Translations under genes and position numbers: made by a program
Assembly: GCA_003344405.1 (NCBI GenBank)
Contig: NOWV01000159.1
Coordinates: 62,001 to 126,000 of the forward strand
From: Trichoplax sp. H2
Taxonomy: Eukaryota
Direction: 5' to 3'
Length of the DNA stretch: 64,000 nt
The notes under the pieces: model-generated
What the model was told of the DNA's origin: nothing
Databases searched by the model: none
What the model saw: the letters and a program-made list of their open reading frames with translations, nothing else
Shown: one piece after another, positions 52,801-64,000 of the stretch
Numbering within the stretch: position 1 is the stretch's first letter
How the letters are laid out: every line of letters begins with the position of its first letter

Positions 52801-54998
52801 AAATTTACCTAACCCAGCTTCACAATGGCTATCCGAACGTGGATGGACGGAAATTTTACATCTATCAGAATTGTCTACTTTTCGAGATTTTGCTAGAGAC
52901 TTCACTATACATGTTGAAGAATTTAAAAGAATATTTGATAGTTCAGAACCCCATAAGCAAAGACTACCTGGTCGGTGGAACGAGGAAATTAATCCGTTCC
53001 AGAAAATGCTGGTTTTACGATGCATCAGAGCTGATAAACTTAGCAATGCCATGCAGGAATTTGTTTCTCTGCATTTAGGCCAAAAGTTTATCGAACCTCA
53101 AACTACAGACTTGTCTATGGCATACAAAGATTCTTCTAACGTGGTTCCACTTATTTTTGTATTATCCCCGGGTACGGACCCAGCAGCGGATTTATACAAG
53201 TTTGCAGAAGAGATGAGATTCAGTAAAAAGCTTAGTGCGATTTCTCTAGGGCAAGGACAAGGACCGAGAGCTGAAGCCATGATGCGTTCGGCAACTGATC
53301 GAGGGAAATGGGTATTTTTTCAAAATTGCCATCTAGCTCCAAGCTGGATGCCGGTAATGGAAAGATTGATAGAGAGTATCGATCATGATAAAGTTCATCG
53401 TGATTTTCGTATGTGGTTGACTAGTATGCCGAGTCCTGAATTCCCAGTCTCCGTATTGCAAAATGGCTCAAAGATGACCGTTGAACCGCCTCGTGGCATG
53501 AAGGCAAATCTTCTGAAATCTTTTAGCGGTTTTAACGACGAGTTCATGAATTCATGCAGCAAAGGCTCTTTATTTAAAAGTTTGCTATTTTCCTTGTGTT
53601 TATTTCACGGAGTTATTTTGGAACGTCGTAAATTTGGACCATTAGGATTAAACATTCCTTATGAATTTACTGATGGAGATTTAAGAATTTGCATCAGTCA
53701 ATTAAAAATGTTCTTGGAAGAATATTCTCAAGTGCCCTTTAAAGTCTTAAAGTATACGGCCGGCCATATAAATTACGGAGGTCGAGTTACGGATGAATGG
53801 GATAGAAGATGCGTGATGAACATTTTAGATGATTATTACAACAGCAGTGTGCTATCAGAAGATCATAGTTACTGCGATAACGGAACCTATAGGCAAATAA
53901 ATCCGTCAGTTGATTACCAAGGCTATATGCATCACATCCGTTCGCTGCCAATTAATGACTCACCAGATATCTTCGGCTTACATGAAAATGCCAGCATAAC
54001 TTTTGCGCAGAGTGAGACGTTCACCCTACTTAATAATATACTAAAATTGCAACCTCGATCTTCAAAAGGAATCGATAGATCTAGAGAAGAAATTATGGAA
54101 GAAGCCGCTAGAGCGATTCTAGACTCTATACCTGGTGCAATATCGATTGAATTTGTGGTTTCTAAATATCCAGTGAAATATGAAGAATCTATGAATACGG
54201 TACTAATCCAAGAAGTGATCCGTTATAATAGATTATTACAGATTATAGTTAACACATTAGCGGATCTTTTGAAAGCGCTAAAAGGTCTAGTAGTTATGTC
54301 TTCTTCCCTTGAAACAATGGCAAGCAATATATATGATAATGCAGTACCGGAGACTTGGAATTCTAGAGCATATCCATCTCTGAAACCTTTAGCTTCTTGG
54401 GTTAGCGATTTGATAGCAAGGGTGCAATATATCCGAAATTGGGTTGATACGGGAATTCCGGCAGTATTTTGGATTTCTGGATTTTTTTTCCCGCAGGCTT
54501 TTCTAACTGGGACTCTGCAAAATTTCGCAAGGCGAAAAGTTGTATCAATTGACACAATTTCCTTCGATTATAGTATGATGGACGATAGCAATTTCGAAGG
54601 AAAGCCAGAAATTGGATGCTATATACGTGGGTTATTTCTGGAAGGTGCTAGATGGGATAATGTTTCTAAATGTCTCACAGAATCTAGGCCGAAGGAACTT
54701 TACAGTGATATGCCCATAGTATGGCTAAAGCCTATCGTTAATCGAATTATGCCAATGGATGGTATTTATGTTTGCCCTGTCTATAAGACGCTTACTCGAG
54801 CAGGTAAAAGTTTTAGCATGCTTGACGTAAATTATCTATCTATCATTTACAATTGTATCTGGTGACATTTCACTAGGGACACTATCTACCACTGGACATT
54901 CCACGAATTTCGTCTTATCAATTGAAGTACCGAGCCTGAAGCCGCAGGAGCATTGGATTAAGAGAGGCGTTGCCTTAATTTGTGCGTTAGACTATTAA
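37887..54998 (+). CDS. DNAH1: Axonemal inner-arm dynein heavy chain 1, ~29 coding exons
   Basis: DNAH1-type N-terminus ([45 protein letters not shown]). P-loops [24 protein letters not shown] and GMGGSGRQ, stalk/MTBD, and C-terminus [12 protein letters not shown]...[15 protein letters not shown]. Large exons 46558-48324 and 48431-54803. Start codon tentative. Confidence 0.95.
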
Positions 54999-55698
54999 AG
55001 CCTTGACAAAATATCATAAACGCGAATTGTATGAATAAAATTTGGTAATTAATTGTATGTTATTATTATTATTATATATATATTATAAAAATTGTACGAC
55101 TCATCGTCATTTCATTTATTTCTATGTATGTCAGACGTCGATGCTTACTTCTTAACTTTGACTCTATCTTATATCAGTCTGATGTTAACTTCACAATACG
55201 TTTTAGTATTTTTTATCTCTACGTTCGGAACGATAATTAAGTGACGCTAAATATGGTAGTTAATCTGTCACAAAACTCGTATGTGTGGCCACATGCAAGT
55301 TCACTGTTAATGCTATAACTGGAATCTTTATTCGCAATTTTGCATGTTTTCAGTTCTTTATCTGGGATTTCAATATAACTATTTTTTTATTACAAAGTTA
55401 AAATTTTTGAATATAATTGATCTTTAATCATGATGAGTAAGAAATATAATTTGAGAACGTGATTCAATTTCTAATGTAAAAGAAATTACAAACATACGAG
55501 TACATGGAATTAAGTATATGTCCACAACATACAAACCCAACATAGGTAAATACTATTCCAGAGTGATCTCTAATTTCGTGGCTCAATAAATTGCGCTTTT
55601 AAAGGTAACAGGTACACTGTCTACCCGTATGCGCCGAATAGGACTTCGCCAGATCTTATAATCTGAACTGCTTTGCTCACAGTAGAGCGTACAGAAGA

Positions 55699-62339
<6,641 letters not shown>

Positions 62340-62483
62340 ATTTGTGATGAACTGGATTGTAAAAGTTTTACTGCAAAATTATTCACATTTGTATTTCAAG
62401 TAAGATTATTGTTTTAATTTTACTTTAGTTTATTTTATTTTTTATTTTCCCATCTTTCGAGATTTACTGGAATGGCATAACAT

Positions 62484-63065
62484 CAGTATTCAGTATACAG
62501 TACTGTACAGTACAGTACAGTACAGTGCAGACTTTTCGATCTTTTTTATTATTAAATTATTATTATTACAGTATGATCCGATGACTGCGCTGGTGCTACA
62601 GTACCGTGTTAAATGTACTGTACTGTACTGTACAAACTCGCCACGCCTGAGAACCTCTAATTTGTATGGTGGTCTCTAGTGTCCTGTACACTAGAGACCC
62701 TTAGTACAGTACTGTACAGTACAGTATACTGTAGTACATTACGTATCGGAATTTCAGTGCAGTAAACCGTTCTGTAAAAACGTGTCACTGGATCAGGTTC
62801 CGGTAAATTTCGCGGTTTAATCTTAAACTGTACTAGTTAGTCTAGAAATAACCGGACCCGCTGTCCAGTAAAAAGGCCAATTTTTTAACTTTTCTCCGGT
62901 ATATTCTGAAGCCGGGGTTGGTTGAGGAGTCCCTGCAGCTTTCGTGATATCCGTGTTGATACGGCTTGGCCTACTGTACTGTACAGTACAATTCGAGCAA
63001 GTGAGCATACTGTAGTGAGTAGATACTGTACAATACTGTACACTGTACAGGACAGTACTGTACAT
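62484..63065. repeat. ACAGT/ACTGT arrays upstream of TPC2
   Basis: Blocks at ~62490-62525, 62615-62635, 62700-62740 and 62970-63065, starting ~150 bp upstream of the ATG at 62339, with GC-richer spacers. Confidence 0.85.
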
Positions 63066-63737
63066 GTAGTACTCTAGATCCCTCGCTCGTGTACATTACG
63101 CGTAAATACTGCTGAGAACTAGAATTTAAACGGTCGCCATCCTTATTACATGAACAAGAAAATCAACTAATATCTATACATCTCTTTCCGTCCCTAAAAA
63201 CTAACATCATCATGGTGAGCTTGTCAGCTTGTTATCTAGCGTATATTATATATCTATATCTACATACCGCATTTGTACTTTAAGATGCTTTGTGCTGTGG
63301 ATTGAGCTACAGTTTAACTTAACTGAACACTGCAAGTGCACATGTAAAATTTTCCTCATGCTTTCTATTTTATACGTACACTCAGGATACTGCGAATACG
63401 ATGATAAGATATGTCAGTCCTATTAATCCAGCATCATTTCCTTCGCTCAGCATTTTACTTCTGGCTATTGGAATATTCTTCATGTCATGGTTTATTGTGT
63501 ATCTTTCATTTTCCTGTCGATTTTATTTAAGCCTTTTATTCTTTATTCATGAGACTTACGAATCAGCTTCAAATGATTGATAACTTGTAGAAAATGAAGA
63601 CGCTATGGCTTCGTCAGATGTTTTACGATACTGTACTGTACCATGACTTTTTTTATCATTTACGTAAATTAGTAAAAGCTTTCTTAATTTATTAATACAC
63701 AAGTTCGAGTTCGAGTTTGATATTTCTTGACTATGTT

Positions 63738-63963
63738 TTATATCATCATCAGATATGAGGTCACTTCTAACAGGTTCACTAGAAATCTCAAGAAAGAGCT
63801 ATTGGTTTCCTTCTTTGCTTCCCTTTTCTTAGGTTTTGGGGTTCTTTTCTTGGTTTTATGGGTTGGACTGTATGTATGAAAGCAATTCCTATTCGGATGG
63901 TACTTACTCTTAGTCAACAAGATATTGTTCAGAAAAGGAATTCTACAGAGAATCCAAGTAGAG
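63738..63963 (-). CDS. Probable terminal exon of an unidentified gene extending beyond the window
   Basis: Acceptor TTTTAATACAG at 63964, then an open frame [23 protein letters not shown]...[17 protein letters not shown]...LMMI*; no recognisable domain. Confidence 0.4.
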
Positions 63964-64000
63964 CTGTATTAAAACTAACTTCGTTAAATTAGTGTTACAG

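Noticed and set aside
47814-54555. Many antisense ORFs inside DNAH1
   Set aside because: Shadow ORFs of a long coding exon.

Overview
AT-rich, gene-dense eukaryotic DNA with many short GT-AG introns. The gene set is metazoan; the compactness plus abundant (ACAGT/ACTGT)n suggests a placozoan such as Trichoplax (inference, not verified). Reading exons by hand gives eight complete intron-containing genes: TSG101 (+), GRWD1 (-), ABT1 (+), a tubby/TULP gene (+), a DEPDC7-like gene (-), ARHGAP1 (+), the axonemal dynein heavy chain DNAH1 (+) and a TPC2-like two-pore channel (-). There is also a probable last exon at the right edge and a possible spliced minus-strand transcript at the left edge. The most striking non-coding pattern is palindromic ACAGT/ACTGT pentamer arrays at the 5' ends of seven of the eight genes and not in tail-to-tail intervals, whereas DNAH1 has only a trace of the repeat and a perfect RFX X-box. 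Other oddities: a 396-bp tandem duplication of ABT1 exon 1, a ~350-bp diverged inverted repeat, two giant intron-free exons over the dynein motor, a candidate poison micro-exon in TPC2, a GC-AG intron, a Helitron-like 3' end and several long hairpins. Exon boundaries were read manually and ortholog comparisons are from memory; no searches were run.
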